From: Saccostrea cucullata
Taxonomy: Eukaryota
Direction: 5' to 3'
Length of the DNA: 64,000 nt
NCBI RefSeq assembly: GCF_032062105.1
Contig: NW_026930195.1
Span: 1 to 64,000 of the forward strand
Shown: in pieces, positions 11,346 through 23,975 of the stretch
Numbering within the stretch: the first letter of the stretch is position 1
How the letters are laid out: each line of letters opens with the position of its first letter
The notes under the pieces: model-generated
Told to the model about the DNA's origin: nothing
Seen by the model: only the letters and a program-made list of their open reading frames with translations
Database searches by the model: none
Translations under genes and position numbers: made by a program

Positions 11346-13657
11346 TAATTTTTTTCATAATGGTTTAAGATCGGGTTCGTGCTGCGCTAAATTCCAAAGG
11401 TCAACATGGTAAACTTGCCAAAAGAAGATGTTAATAAAATGAGTTGAATTTCCGTCTTTTATGGTTTTTTCTTTTTTTTTTTAGATTAAAGGCATGCATA
11501 ACCTCAAAATTTTAACATCAAACACTTTACCTTGGTCATAACTTTTGCATATTATAAAATGACTTTTAGAGAAAAAGGGGGAACCGCATTAATTGCTTAT
11601 GCAATAATCTCAGAATGTTTTTAACGTTAACCCATGGCAACAACAATGAGCATGTAGCAATCATGAAAATTTATTAAGCGCCACATGGCATTTTTTAACA
11701 TGTTTAGAGTGTTATAGTTAACATTTGTACCTATAAACAAACAAGTGACAAGGTTCCAGGCCATAAAAGTTAGACGAGTTTTCTTTCGATCTCAATCTCA
11801 CAGTTACATGTAAAGGTTGAAATAAATGTACAACAAAATATTAGTGAAAAGAGCCTTGAAACATTTTCCAGGGACATAACCAAAGCAAGCCTTCAACTGT
11901 AAAATATGCATGTTTTTATTTTATCTGGGGGTGGGGGGGGTCCACCCAGTCCAAAAAAAATTCCAATCCCAGAAATTTCTTGACAAGCAAAAAAAAAAAA
12001 AATTCGTGGTGGTGGTGGTGGGGGGGGGGGGGTGTAATCTTTGACTTCTACTGCCTCAAATCTTTCACTTTTCATACCCATTTTACACATATTCATGTTT
12101 ACCGGGGGGGGGGGGGTCCAAGGTGACTTTTCTTGCTTTAGTATATACATTTTTTAAACGTGTAAATTCCAGGGGGGGGGGGGTCTGACCCCCCCCCCCC
12201 TCTAGATCCGCGCATGTAAAAAAAAAATCATATTTCTATATTACTCACTCAGATGATCAATATAAAGACGTTTGTTTTGGTCATAATTAATATAGATTTT
12301 CACATTTCAAAATTTTCAAACTTTATTCTTCTAAAAAGAGCAGTGCTAGGGATTTAAGCAGAAAAAAATATGCATCAATTAAAATTTGAAACAAAAGGCC
12401 CAGGGACCACATCCCTCACCTGAGCACCATAGCTTGGATCAAAGCAAAAATCAGTTCAGCCTTGGAAAGATTAAATGTATTTGTGGTCCCGACCTACCCC
12501 CAAAAGGGAGGGGGTACGATGAAGTGATACATGTATCCAATGTAACTTAAGTTTTTCCAGATAAGTACTATTTAAGGTGAGTCAAATAACAAGTTTCTTG
12601 ATTAAAGCTGAAAACTACTCGTAAAAAGGCATAGTCCACCATATTTCCCATTCTTCAACACTCTCCCTACAACCCATATATAAGGAGCAGATCGCTTTTC
12701 AGTTCAATGTATTTTGCTGTAGAGATCCGACAAGTGTAGACGTACATCTTACATGTACATAGCCGTGCTACTCGGTCGCGATGAAATTATCAAAGTTAAC
12801 GAACTTTTTCAAAAACAGTACAAAAGTATCATGAAAAATATAGGTCGATACATAAATGCACATTAAAACAAGGAATAAACGCAAAAATCTAAGACCACAC
12901 AAGGAGGACTACATGTCGGTCACGAGTTTCAAGTGTGCAATCGGGTGTCACAAAATCGAACTGTTTATGTGGCAGTGCCTATATATGAGAACATGTAAAT
13001 AGTACCCAAGAAAGCAAATTCCAAAAGCAGCAAGATATTACTTTAAACCACTGGTACTTTGTTTCCGCGGTTACAGGTAAAGAAGAAAATGATGTGGTGG
13101 TGTTGTGCATGGTGTTGCAAGGTCCAAGGGATGTATACATGTCACAAATGCGGATCCAGTGCCAGTGTGCCGGTCATCCCCCCTTCCGTTTGAAGATTTT
13201 GTACATGTACAGTAATGTATATAAAATTTATATGTCCACTATCCTAAAACCAAGGAAAAAACATCTTTCATTTGTGAACCCCCACTAATGCCCTGCCCTA
13301 AGCACAATGGAGACTTCAGTGCAGCCTTGGACCCCCTGCCTTCTACTGCCCCCCCCCCCCCCACCCCATAACAAATTCCTGTTTTTTTCTCTTAAGATAG
13401 GAGCATTAGCCCAATTTCAGAAAAGTGTGAACAGATAGCCAATGAAACATGCAAATTTATGCTGAAGTCAGAAGGTATTTTAAATAGTGCACGAAGTAGA
13501 AATTTTTTTGCAAATATAAAAAAAAACTTTTTTTTAATTAAATTCAAACATTTGGAAATGAATATATTCTTTGAAAATTAAGGTACATTGCTGGCATTAG
13601 GAATTCTATTCATTTTATCTCAGTTTAGTTCAGTTTATTGAAGTCAAGAGACATATA

Positions 13658-14714
13658 CGAGGGTCATTCAAAAAATACGTAGACAATGTTCCTCATCATC
13701 ACATTATTTTTACAAAGTTTAATATCAGTATATTTTTATATGTAAAAAGATATCTTTTATAGATTTCTGAAGTTTCAATCTATTTGATTAAATGGAAACC
13801 ATGTTAGCCAATTTTGAAAGCAGCATGTTTTGTCACCACGGAGCACGGTCAAAAAACATTGTAACGTCAAAAACGTTAAAGAAAATTTGTCAAACTCACA
13901 AAGCCTTTTCATTTTATACACGGTTAAGTTTGTATCGTATACCTTATTCATTAAAATGTATTGATAACACTTGACACCTAGTATGCTAACAATAATTTGA
14001 GTATACCTTAAATAAGATTGTCAATGTTTTCAAATGCTTTACCATATGTAACTCGGCTCTTACAGGTGCCGCAACAGTGAAGCGCACATCACGTTTCATG
14101 ACGTTACTAACTCTTTTGACAAGATTTTGAACTATAATCGGTTTCTCTGCAGACCGTCCATCGTCCAATTTAAAGTCTTTACCCCTCAAAAATTGTCTGT
14201 TCTATTATAAACAAATACACGGCCCATTTTATGTATTTTTCCTGGTTTCTCCAGTTTTCAAATGCAAAACAAAATTATATTGCTACTCGCTGCTCCGTGA
14301 CGTCCTTTGACGTCATGATTTGTTGCTTTTTTAATCAAGACTATCTTTCTTTAGAAAATGATATCTTTTAAACAAAGCAATGTAATACATTAACTTCTAG
14401 CTTTTGAAGAAATGAAACAATACTAAATTTTAGTATTTAAATTTTTATTTCAGTTAAAGACAATTTTAAAGAGGTATGGCTATAAAAATGAAAAGTTAAT
14501 AATCAGTCAATAACTCAATTTTGACCCTGCTCCGTGACCCCGTTTTTGCTGTCTTAAATCTTTGATAATTTTGACAAAATTCAAGATTTATTCCAATTTC
14601 TTTGCTCAAAATATTTGAATTTGTTGTAAAAATATATGTAGAAATTTTGATTAAAAAATGTCGTTTAATAAAAAAGTTATGGCAAAAGTCTACGAACTTT
14701 TTGAATGACCCTCG
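13658..14714. mobile_element. Tc1/mariner-type MITE
   Basis: TA-CGAGGGTCATTCAAAAA...TTTTTGAATGACCCTCG-TA. Confidence 0.85.
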
Positions 14715-15426
14715 TATCTCACAATCATACATTTTTAATAACAAATATAATGATGAGCTTAACATGCAACATGTACAGTACATATTACATTTTCTATAAT
14801 GTATAAACAAGTGAAAGGCACTATTATTGATGCACTCGCTAGTTGCACAAATTTTCCTAGATTACATTCTTTTTTATTCTGTGTAATAACATGACTAAGT
14901 AACTGTACTAATTTGAGGGCACTTGGTCTTCGGAAGTATAGTACATATGTACACCGTGTTACAGTTTCTATCGAACACGCACAATTTTGCTAAGCCTAGC
15001 CAATGAAATTCATTTTTAATATTTACAATGCAGTCACCATTATTTTCTATCCTTTTTTAGAGACATGCTTGAAGAATACAATTATCACTACTTAAAAAGA
15101 AAAAAAAAACAATATTTAAGGATTTTCTTTTCCCTGACCAGTTCAAGAGGAAATTCATCTAATTCACAATATATTACCATAATGTTATATGTATTCTGAA
15201 AAGGTTACATAGTGCAGTGTGCAGATATAATTATGTTTTGTTGTACAATTTTTAGTGTATTGATGTATACGGGTATACCTATTGAATACATCAAAACACC
15301 CCTCCTTTTAAGTAACACTATATATCATTGTAAGTTACAAAAACAGCTTGATTAATCTTTTGAAATTAATGCTTTACAAGTTTAAAAAAAACACACACAC
15401 AAAATTAAAGAGAATTTGTACACTTC

Positions 15427-15727
15427 GATTGATTGATTGTGTATATTGTTAAACATCTCTCTCTTGAGAATTTTTCACTCACATGGAGACGCCACCACTT
15501 GCCGGTGGAGAGCTGTAAATTTTGTCATATACTTGGCACTGAGGGTCATTGAGCAGAGAGGGATCTTTTTTCGTGCCAGCACCTACTGCGACACGGGACC
15601 TTGGTTTATACGGTCTTCCGAAGGACCGGTCTCCACGTCCCACAGTGGGATTCGATCCCGGGATGTAAGGATTGACTCCTTTGCGACTCTTGAGCAGACG
15701 CTTTAGCCACTGCGCCACGCGGGCGCC
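15427..15727 (-). mobile_element. tRNA-derived SINE
   Basis: Minus-strand head GCGTGGCGCAGTGGCTAAAGCG (A box) and GGATCGAATCCC (B box); about 300 bp; (CAAT)n tail. Confidence 0.8.
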
Positions 15728-17030
15728 TGTAGACTTCGAAAGATGTATGTTGAGTTTCGAAATCCATTGCTTGGTAATAATATATCATCTCATGCAAAGT
15801 GATCAATAATGCTATGAACACTACGGATAGAAATTTACAGTACAAAATATTAGGCTATAATTCTTTTTGTCCCATATTTATATGGCGAGTATTGACTTTG
15901 GACAATTGCAGGCAATTTTTCTGTATTAATTTGTCCTGCTGATTCCCTATTGATGTATTGTAGATTTATTATACCCACTTTGGACAATTGTTTCAAACAA
16001 GGGATGTAGCAACAGGGGGCCCAGGGGGTCGGGGCTCCCCCCCCCCAGTTTTTTCGAACGTAACTTATCACTGTAGGAAATCTTTATTAAAAGGCACCCC
16101 CAACTTTACAGTTACAGTTAAGGGAAATAAAGGAAATGTATTATTGCATTAAAATAAAATTTGGTGCTAGCTAAAGGTGTGCTTTTATTGTTCAAAAAAT
16201 TAAATAAAAATATCATATACCAATTAAACAAACAATGATATTTCAATAAATATTATTTATGCACCTGGAGCAAGCCCCTGTGCACCAAGATGCCTTTTTT
16301 AACTTCATAAAAAGATTGCTCATGAGGAGAACTTTGTGTGGTAAAAATTGTAAATCATGCTAGTGTAACGTGCGGGACCCGAGCGATCTACCTTGGGCCC
16401 GTACTTGGTTATGTCCAAGTCTTATGAGAACAATATGGAATGCAAAATATACAGATTATAAGAAATGCAATATATACAAATACGGACGACGCTTGCCTAG
16501 TGTCAAGTTGAAGCAATATTTACAAATACAAAGGACACTTGCCTAGTGTATAATTAAACGATATGTACGGAAAACCCTGCCACTTGGTTATACAAACTCC
16601 ACTTGGCTATACCAATGCCGATTGCAACTTGGCTGTACCAACGCCAATTGCCACTTGGCTAAACAAATGCCACTTGGTAACACTATAAACCCTTGGCTAT
16701 CTATATACCACTTCGTACTAACCCGCCAACTGGCTAAGACACCTTCGATATACAATATATCTGTTATACTAATTACTTTCACAGTTGTATTTATTAGCCG
16801 TTCGACTTACAATTGTCACTGACAAATCTTCTTTTACCAACAACTTGGTTGCAAACGTACGACACCGTGACCACTGGCCATTCGCCTACTTATATAATCT
16901 TCGTATCAATGATAATAAGTGCGGGAATACGTATCTGTCATTTTCCGAGCATACCTTGCTCATCTTAACTAAACATTTCTTTTTGTTGTATTTTTATTTA
17001 TAAAACATCCTTTCTTGTAAAACCATTTAA

Positions 17031-17345
17031 GGTCAGACGAGACGTTCCTCAAAATCTGTTTTGTATATCTTCGTAATGTATGAAAAATATTCAAAATTTT
17101 CATAAAATTCTGATTTCTAAAGCAGTTTCTAGACGTTTTTAAAATATCCAAACACTTAAACATTTGAAATTAGAAAATTATTTTCTTCCCCGAAGGATTA
17201 TATAAGAAACACTACCCCTGGTATCTTGCAGAAATGCCTGGTAAGGTACCTCAATTTTTTGTGAGTAAACATGTTTAAGTAGCAACACTTCAATGACAAA
17301 CTCTTAGAAAAATTTATCTATTATTAAGGAACGTCTCGTCTGTCC
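17031..17345. mobile_element. MITE with TTAA TSD (Kolobok-like)
   Basis: TTAA-GGTCAGACGAGACGTTCCT...AGGAACGTCTCGTCTGTCC-TTAA. Confidence 0.85.
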
Positions 17346-18944
17346 TTAATCAAATAACCAGTTAATTATATTATTTACAATTATTTATTGATTGTACAAT
17401 ATGGCACAAGGGAGTTAACTCCCAACTGTTTCACTAGTTTGAACACCTAACCGTCTAAGCAAGCTACTCTAAGTATACATACAGTGTTACGTAGAGATTG
17501 TGTCTGTCACTGTCTGACCTGACGTATGTTTACATTGTCTCTCATCAACGTGTTTTACATGTAATATATATATTTTTATTGCGAAATGTACCGGGGTCGG
17601 GGGAGAGTCAGGGCAGAGGCCTCTTCAGGTGTAATTTTCAAAGCAGAGGAATCTCGGGTTAAATGCATGAAAGCCACAAAATGGAAAGAAATCAAAGTAC
17701 TCAGAAGTACAGAGAGCCGGGCTTATTTACAGAGTAGAATGGATTTCTTACATGAATCATGTTTATATTCTGATGAAAAAATTATTTTAAAACTATCAAT
17801 ATAAATGATAAGACACTGACAGTGAGTTTTTCAATCCTAATACCACAGTCCGATTTTGTCAGAATCAGAATTAATCTGGTACCGCAGCTGAATGTAAACA
17901 AACAGGCCAGTCTGGTTCCCTCTCCTGCTTTACATCGTATGTGTAGAGAACTACGGTAACACTGATTATCAAAAAATCCTTACGCTAATGAACTATGTTC
18001 TTTGACTTATGAAGTTTTCAAAGTCATTACTACTAATGTTTGTTTTATATAGATAAAATTTCGTTTTATTTTTGTTGCTTTATTTAGCGTTTGTATTATC
18101 TCAAAAGCGGTCGAGAGTAAGAAATATATTTTTGCACGTAACTTTAAAATGGCGACTATGGGGTCAACATCCTGCCTTGAACAGGATCACATAAGCCGGC
18201 AATTGCTCTTTGAGCAATAAGCCCGGCTAAAAAGCACAGGGACTTGCTCCCAGCGTGTAATACCAGGTAATTATTTATATAAAAAAAATCATTTAGAGAG
18301 TAATCCTAGGGAAGTAGTTGGGTAGCAAAAATGCTTCAAAATGCAGAAAAAAATCAATATTCACCTTTAAAATTCTTTTATGCATATTATTTGCCCACCG
18401 AATTTCTTTTTAAAATGTTAAATTTAATAAAATATTGACCTTCATTTTTCTATGCTTAATTTGTAAAGTACCATATTTTGATAGTTCCCAGTACTTAGCA
18501 TGACCATTAGCAAGTGTGAAATTAAAATTGAATCGTAAACATTGTTGTTTGAATCTCTAGCATTGCTTTAAAAAATTAAAAACAAATTTAATTATCTCCT
18601 GTATCCCGTTTCCATGACAACCGAGGTTATAATTCAAAAATACTTCTACATTTCACAATCAATCACACATTTGTTTAAAATTATGACAGAAAAAAATCAA
18701 ATCTGTAACTATGCGTTGCCAACCAATTTTGATAATTACGGAGAATTGGTCTTAAAATGCTTATGTACAGAGACTTTAGAGAATAACTTTAGCTCCTTGT
18801 AATGTATAATTTTATTAATGTTATAAGTTCAGTAATATTGCTATGCATCAATTAAGAACAAACATTACTATTGTTAGAGTTCAACACTATTTTTTAATAT
18901 TTACCAAGTCATCATTTCTAGACGAAAATAATCAAATCTGTGAA

Positions 18945-19655
18945 TGAGTGCATGTCAAAAGTGGATTTATTTTCTTTGTTGCTAAGGGGAATTTTCTGTT
19001 GCTATGGCAATAAGTACTTGCAAAATATTCCTGGATTCATAAAGAAGTCTCAGAAATATGTTTTTACTTTAAAAATTGATTTTTGTATCCACCGATAAGA
19101 TTTAATTCCATAAATAACTCGCATATTTGACAATTTGTCTCTTTCTCTTAATCAAAACATCCATTTTTGTTGCTAGGCAACCGATTGTAAATATTAAAAA
19201 ACACACGTTTTTGAATTTAAATTCCAAAAGGGAAATTCCTCTGCTTTTATGTAAAATATACCATACTCTTGTATTGTGCGGGAAGTTTGAGATATATGGC
19301 CTTGAAAATTGCCCAAATTTACAAAAATGCTGAATCAGCAAAAAATGCAAAACATGCATATCTTCCATTGCCCGTAAAAGAAATATCTTAGAATAAAAAT
19401 AGTATGTATTGCATGGTTTTATCACTTGAAATGTTTATATTTATGATAACATTATTTAAGAACCCCTCTGGTAATATTCACATTAAATTTCAAGAAATTG
19501 AGAATATATTTATATAGGGTTTGAATAATTAATTTATTTGGTTCATAAGTTCTCACAACCCGGAGCAAATAATTTTCATTTTACATACGTGGTTCAGCAG
19601 AATACCTATGTGTGTACATCAGATAGATTTGTTGAAGAATCTATAAATGATTATC
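18945..19655. repeat. Right arm of the inverted repeat plus a direct copy of about 10110-10260
   Basis: 18945-19495 is the reverse complement of 10480-11040; 19500-19655 repeats TTTATATAGGGTTTGAATAATT...TCTATAAATGATTAT. Confidence 0.8.
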
Positions 19656-19788
19656 TAATTACCAGGAGAAAAGTATTAGGTTATATATATTTTCCAGTTA
19701 ACTTACATAAGTTACAAGCAAATACTTTGAGCTTGTTCCTTGTTGAATATAATTTTATCAAAGAGAAAGGGGAATAATGTAAAATAAC

Positions 19789-19924
19789 NNNNNNNNNNNN
19801 NNNNNNNNNNNNNNNNNNNNNNNNNNNNNNNNNNNNNNNNNNNNNNNNNNNNNNNNNNNNNNNNNNNNNNNNNNNNNNNNNNNNNNNNNNNNNNNNNNNN
19901 NNNNNNNNNNNNNNNNNNNNNNNN
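19789..19924. other. Assembly gap (N run)
   Basis: 136 consecutive N. Confidence 1.
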
Positions 19925-20017
19925 ATAACTGGTTTTCCAATTTCAAATCCGGAAATAAAAAATCAATACGGGTTCATACTTTAAGTCATTTGGCGCGCTT
20001 TTAGTAAGCCTTGCAAG

Positions 20018-20806
20018 ATGGAGAGGAAGAAGCCACGCTCGTCATCATGGTCACGTATTTTATCATGTTTAGTGACAATGATCATGTCTGTAGTAAATGC
20101 ACAATGCGACAATTGTCGCATCGTAGGGAATGTAGCTAATTGCTTAGAGGCTAGGCGAAATTGTGTCTGGATACATACAGATCGTGTGACTGAAGTTCAT
20201 TAGCAGATGCGAGGTCGCGGTCTTATTTTCCCCGCCATTGCTACATGTACCATTGCCCAATATAAGAACAGCATACCACAGATGTGCAATCAGTAAGTAT
20301 GATTGAATATTGTATTGAACAGTGAATGTGTCAATCAGCATTATTGCATTTTGAGATTTCCCATCATTGCATCAAGTGTTTGACCTCGATCTCCTAGCTC
20401 TTGATTTTCATTGGTAGAACCGCGTTAACCTTCACCTTTAGGAAAGGGGGATATTTTCAAAAAGGTTTTTTTTTAACAAGCAAGTGTAGAAATAAATAAA
20501 TGATAAAAAAAATCAACATATTTTTATTTTATAAATTATGAAGACTATTCTGGTATGAGAGAGGATAAATCTAATTATGTCTAGTTGAAAAACAAATAGG
20601 GCATCTTCAAAATGATGATGTGTAAAGTACACAGCAGAATTTTTTTTGCTTAGCTCAGCTCTGACCTGGAATGCCTGGTCTCTTATCAACCCAGAATCAA
20701 CTAATGATAATAAGATCAAAGAAAGGGGAGAAGAATCAATGCCTAAAAATATAGAAACAAGACTTTGTTTTATTAGACAGTTATCTGTTGAACCTTTGTG
20801 TACATA

Positions 20807-20854
<48 letters not shown>

Positions 20855-22341
20855 AAAATAAAAAATATACTAGAAATCATAAAAATATTAGATATATTTA
20901 TGTTATAAAGAAAATAGTAAAAGATCACTATGATTAAATATAAAATATACATAAAGAAATTAATAATTAAGTGGTTTTACATGACCAATATCAGAAATCA
21001 TTATTTGAAAAAAAAAAAAAGAATAAAAAATGAAATCAAGTTGGATGACATATTTACTTTCAATTTTTTAATCTGAAATAGATAAAGAAACAACTACCAA
21101 ATTGAGAACTACCATGGGATTGGGAACAACAACTGAGGAACTCATCACTACCAAAAGTCGGACCATGAGAACAGCATCGACAACTAAGGCGAGACTTGTA
21201 ACACTAACTACCAAAAGTCCGACCATGAGAACAGCATCGACAACTAAGGCGAGACTTGTAACACTAACTACCAAAAGTCCGACCATGAGAACAGCATCGA
21301 CAACTAAGGCGAGACCTGTTACACTAACTACCAAAAGTCCGACCATGAAAACAGAATCGACAACTCAGGCGAGACTTGTAACACTACCTACCAAAAGTCC
21401 AACCATGAGAATAGCATCGACAACTAAGGCGAGACTTGTAACATTAACTACCAAAAGTCCGACCATGAAAACAGCATCGACAACTAAGGCGAGACTTGTA
21501 ACACTTACTACCAAAAGTCCGACCATGAGAACAGCATCGACAACTAAGGCGAGACTTGTAACACTAACTACCAAAAGTCCGACCATGAGAACAGCGTCGA
21601 CAACTAAGGCGAGACTTGTAACACTAACTACCAAAAGTCCGACCATGAGAACAGCATCGACAACTAAGGCGAGACTTGTAACACTAACTACCAAAAGTCC
21701 GACCATGAGAACTGCATGGACAACTGAGGCGAGACTTGTAACACTAACTACCAAAAGTCCGACCATGAGTACAGCTAATAGAGTTAGCGCTGCCTTTGTT
21801 ACTACGCCTGTGTCTAAGGAGGTGACCACATTTGCGTTGAAAGGTATTTCGCATTTTATTATTTATACTATGTGTTTAAACTTTTTCATACAAATAGAAA
21901 GAAGATATGTTTAGGGGAAAAATTTACCTGGAAATGTTTTTGATTCGTAGAATTTATATGAATATATGTAAAATTAAAATGTATATTCAATGTTGAAACA
22001 ATGTAATTAATTTGATGTTTTCAGATATCATGATGTTAACGCTGGAGAGTGTTACTCCTTTTTTGTTGATCATCATTTTAATCATATGGTATGTATGGAA
22101 ATGCGTGTTCAGCAACAAATTAACTGCAACAGCAACTCCCACAACATCTACCTCTTCCACGGAAGCCTCTACCAGTGCAACTACTGCATCTCAAACGGAA
22201 CTGCCAGCTTCTCCCTGTTCTTCATCACTTTCTTATGAAGTTGAAGACCGAGGTGTACAGGTTACACCAACACGCCCTCTTGTAGAAGAAAGAAAACAAC
22301 CTGAGAGGAAGGTTAAGAAGAAGCTTCCATTTAAAGTTTAA
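20018..22341 (+). CDS. Spliced mucin-like type I membrane protein (possibly disrupted; possibly Polinton cargo)
   Basis: Signal-peptide-like N-terminus plus Cys-rich segment from 20018. Thr-rich repeat exon about 21082-21843 is spliced in phase 1 (AAG/GT...TTTTCAG/AT) to exon 22025-22341, which has a TM helix (FLLIIILIIWYVW) and a basic tail. In-frame TAG at 20201 and the first splice phase is unresolved. Confidence 0.6.
20816..20851 (+). repeat. (GA)n microsatellite
   Basis: About 18 GA units. Confidence 0.95.
21148..21772 (+). repeat. Coding 60-bp tandem repeat (TTKSPTMRTASTTKARLVTL, about 10.5 copies)
   Basis: CTACCAAAAGTC recurs exactly every 60 nt, 11 times. Confidence 0.95.
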
Positions 22342-23743
22342 CTGTGGATTGTGTCTCAAATTGCATTAAAAAAAATCTTATACATGTAGGTTGCGGATAT
22401 ATTTGTTTTAACAATATAAAGATAATTTTAAGAGTAAATGAAAGTCTAAGTATCCCTTGTGGATGATATTTGTTTTCTAAGACAATGATGGTATTTTTAA
22501 AAATCATTTTATTTAGATAAGATTTTTTTTTAGCTCAGCATTTTGTGTAAGGGTTTTTTTTTTTGTTTGTATGTGTACATGTACACATCTCCATATTTTT
22601 ATGCAATTTGTTTCAAGAGTAAGTGGAAGTCTTAAGTATCCTGGTAAATGATACTTGTTTTCTATTACAATGGTGGTATTTAAATTTTTTGGTTTTGTTT
22701 ACTAGAGAAGATTTTTTGTTTAGTTTAACATGGTGTGTAGAGGTTTGTTTTTACATACACACATGCACACATTTATTGGCAATTTGGTATAGTGTTATGT
22801 ACAAGTAGCAGTAGTTTTGATTTTTAGTAGTTATTATAACTTTTATTGTTCATTTTTCTTTTGAACAATGCTTTGATTTGTTGTTTTAGGTAATCTTTTT
22901 ACTCATTCAAATCAGTATTATTTTAAATTTATTAATTTCTTGTGGACAAGATTAGAAAAATAAATTCTGAGACTGACTGAAAAGATAAGCTAGGTAAATA
23001 AAGTAAAAACGTAAGATAAAAAAAGAAAAGAAATATCTTCCTATAAACATTCCAATCTGTAGTGTAATATTTAGTGTATTTAATGCTAGTCCCTTATTTT
23101 CTATTCCATCCTCTTTGGTTGTGATTTTTTGTTAAAGAAATAATTTGAAAAATATGCAATTGATATTTTAAAAGATATACATGTTTTTTTGTTTGTTTTT
23201 TTTTTTTCGAGTATAAAAAAAAAAAGAAGTGCCAATAATTTTTGAGATTGATTTTTTTTTTTGTAATTTTCCAAAGTAATTGTATGAACAGTTGTTGTTT
23301 TATACATGAGGTTTTTCATGTAAAATAAAAAGAAAAAAAAAACATAAAAATGCGACATGTTTGTTTAATTGTTCATTCCATTTTTTTTTAAATGGTGCTA
23401 ATCAAACTTTTATATTGTGATATTTTAAAAAAAACACACAAGTGATTGTTTCTGTGTATGATGTTTGTTTTTATCTGTGATTTTTCTTTTTATTTTATTA
23501 TTCTTTTTGTCAGTATTACAAATAAGCAGAGAAACTGCATGTTCCATTCTTTTTTTTTTTAAATAAAGATTTTATATTCCGACAATTGTTATGTTGTTTT
23601 TATCAGGATATTGAGGATTAAAATGGTTTGCAATATGTTATACAACCTTTCTGTTGACTTCAGAGATGAAAAAATTAAATAGCACTTCCTCTTTCATAAA
23701 GCAAGTTTTTAATATTTGTATATTTTTTCCAGAATGATCTACA

Positions 23744-23947
23744 ATGAATACATCCAGGACAAAAGTTCAGTTTAGTGAGATAGTAGTGGAGTATGATATA
23801 TCTCCTGATGAGGATAGGAAAAGTCCCTGGATTCAGATGGCCATTGATCGTGCTCATTTTCAGAGACGTATTAGTTTGTTAAAAGTGAAACTTGAACCTT
23901 TAATGCAGCAAAAGTTAAAACACCTAAAGGACAATGTAAATAAATAA
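23744..23947 (+). CDS. Minimal PPP1R15/GADD34-like (ICP34.5/DP71L-like) PP1 regulatory subunit, 67 aa
   Basis: RVxF motif KVQF, then R.SPW..MA.DR..F.RRI, matching the GADD34 C-terminal pattern KVRF...RQGPWEQLARDRSRFARRI. An in-frame upstream TGA fixes the start. Confidence 0.85.
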   Translation: MNTSRTKVQFSEIVVEYDISPDEDRKSPWIQMAIDRAHFQRRISLLKVKLEPLMQQKLKHLKDNVNK

Positions 23948-23975
23948 TCCAAATATATAAATTTAAGCTTAGAAA

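Noticed and set aside
15640-15727. tRNA gene
   Set aside because: A and B boxes are present but followed by a SINE body and tail, with no complete cloverleaf.
16364-17491. Solo LTR (TGTAAC...GTTACG)
   Set aside because: The end is imperfect and no target-site duplication could be established.
21068-21829. Hydrophobic Val/Leu-rich minus-strand ORFs
   Set aside because: Antisense shadow of the Thr-rich 60-bp repeat; the plus strand has the coherent splice and TM structure.
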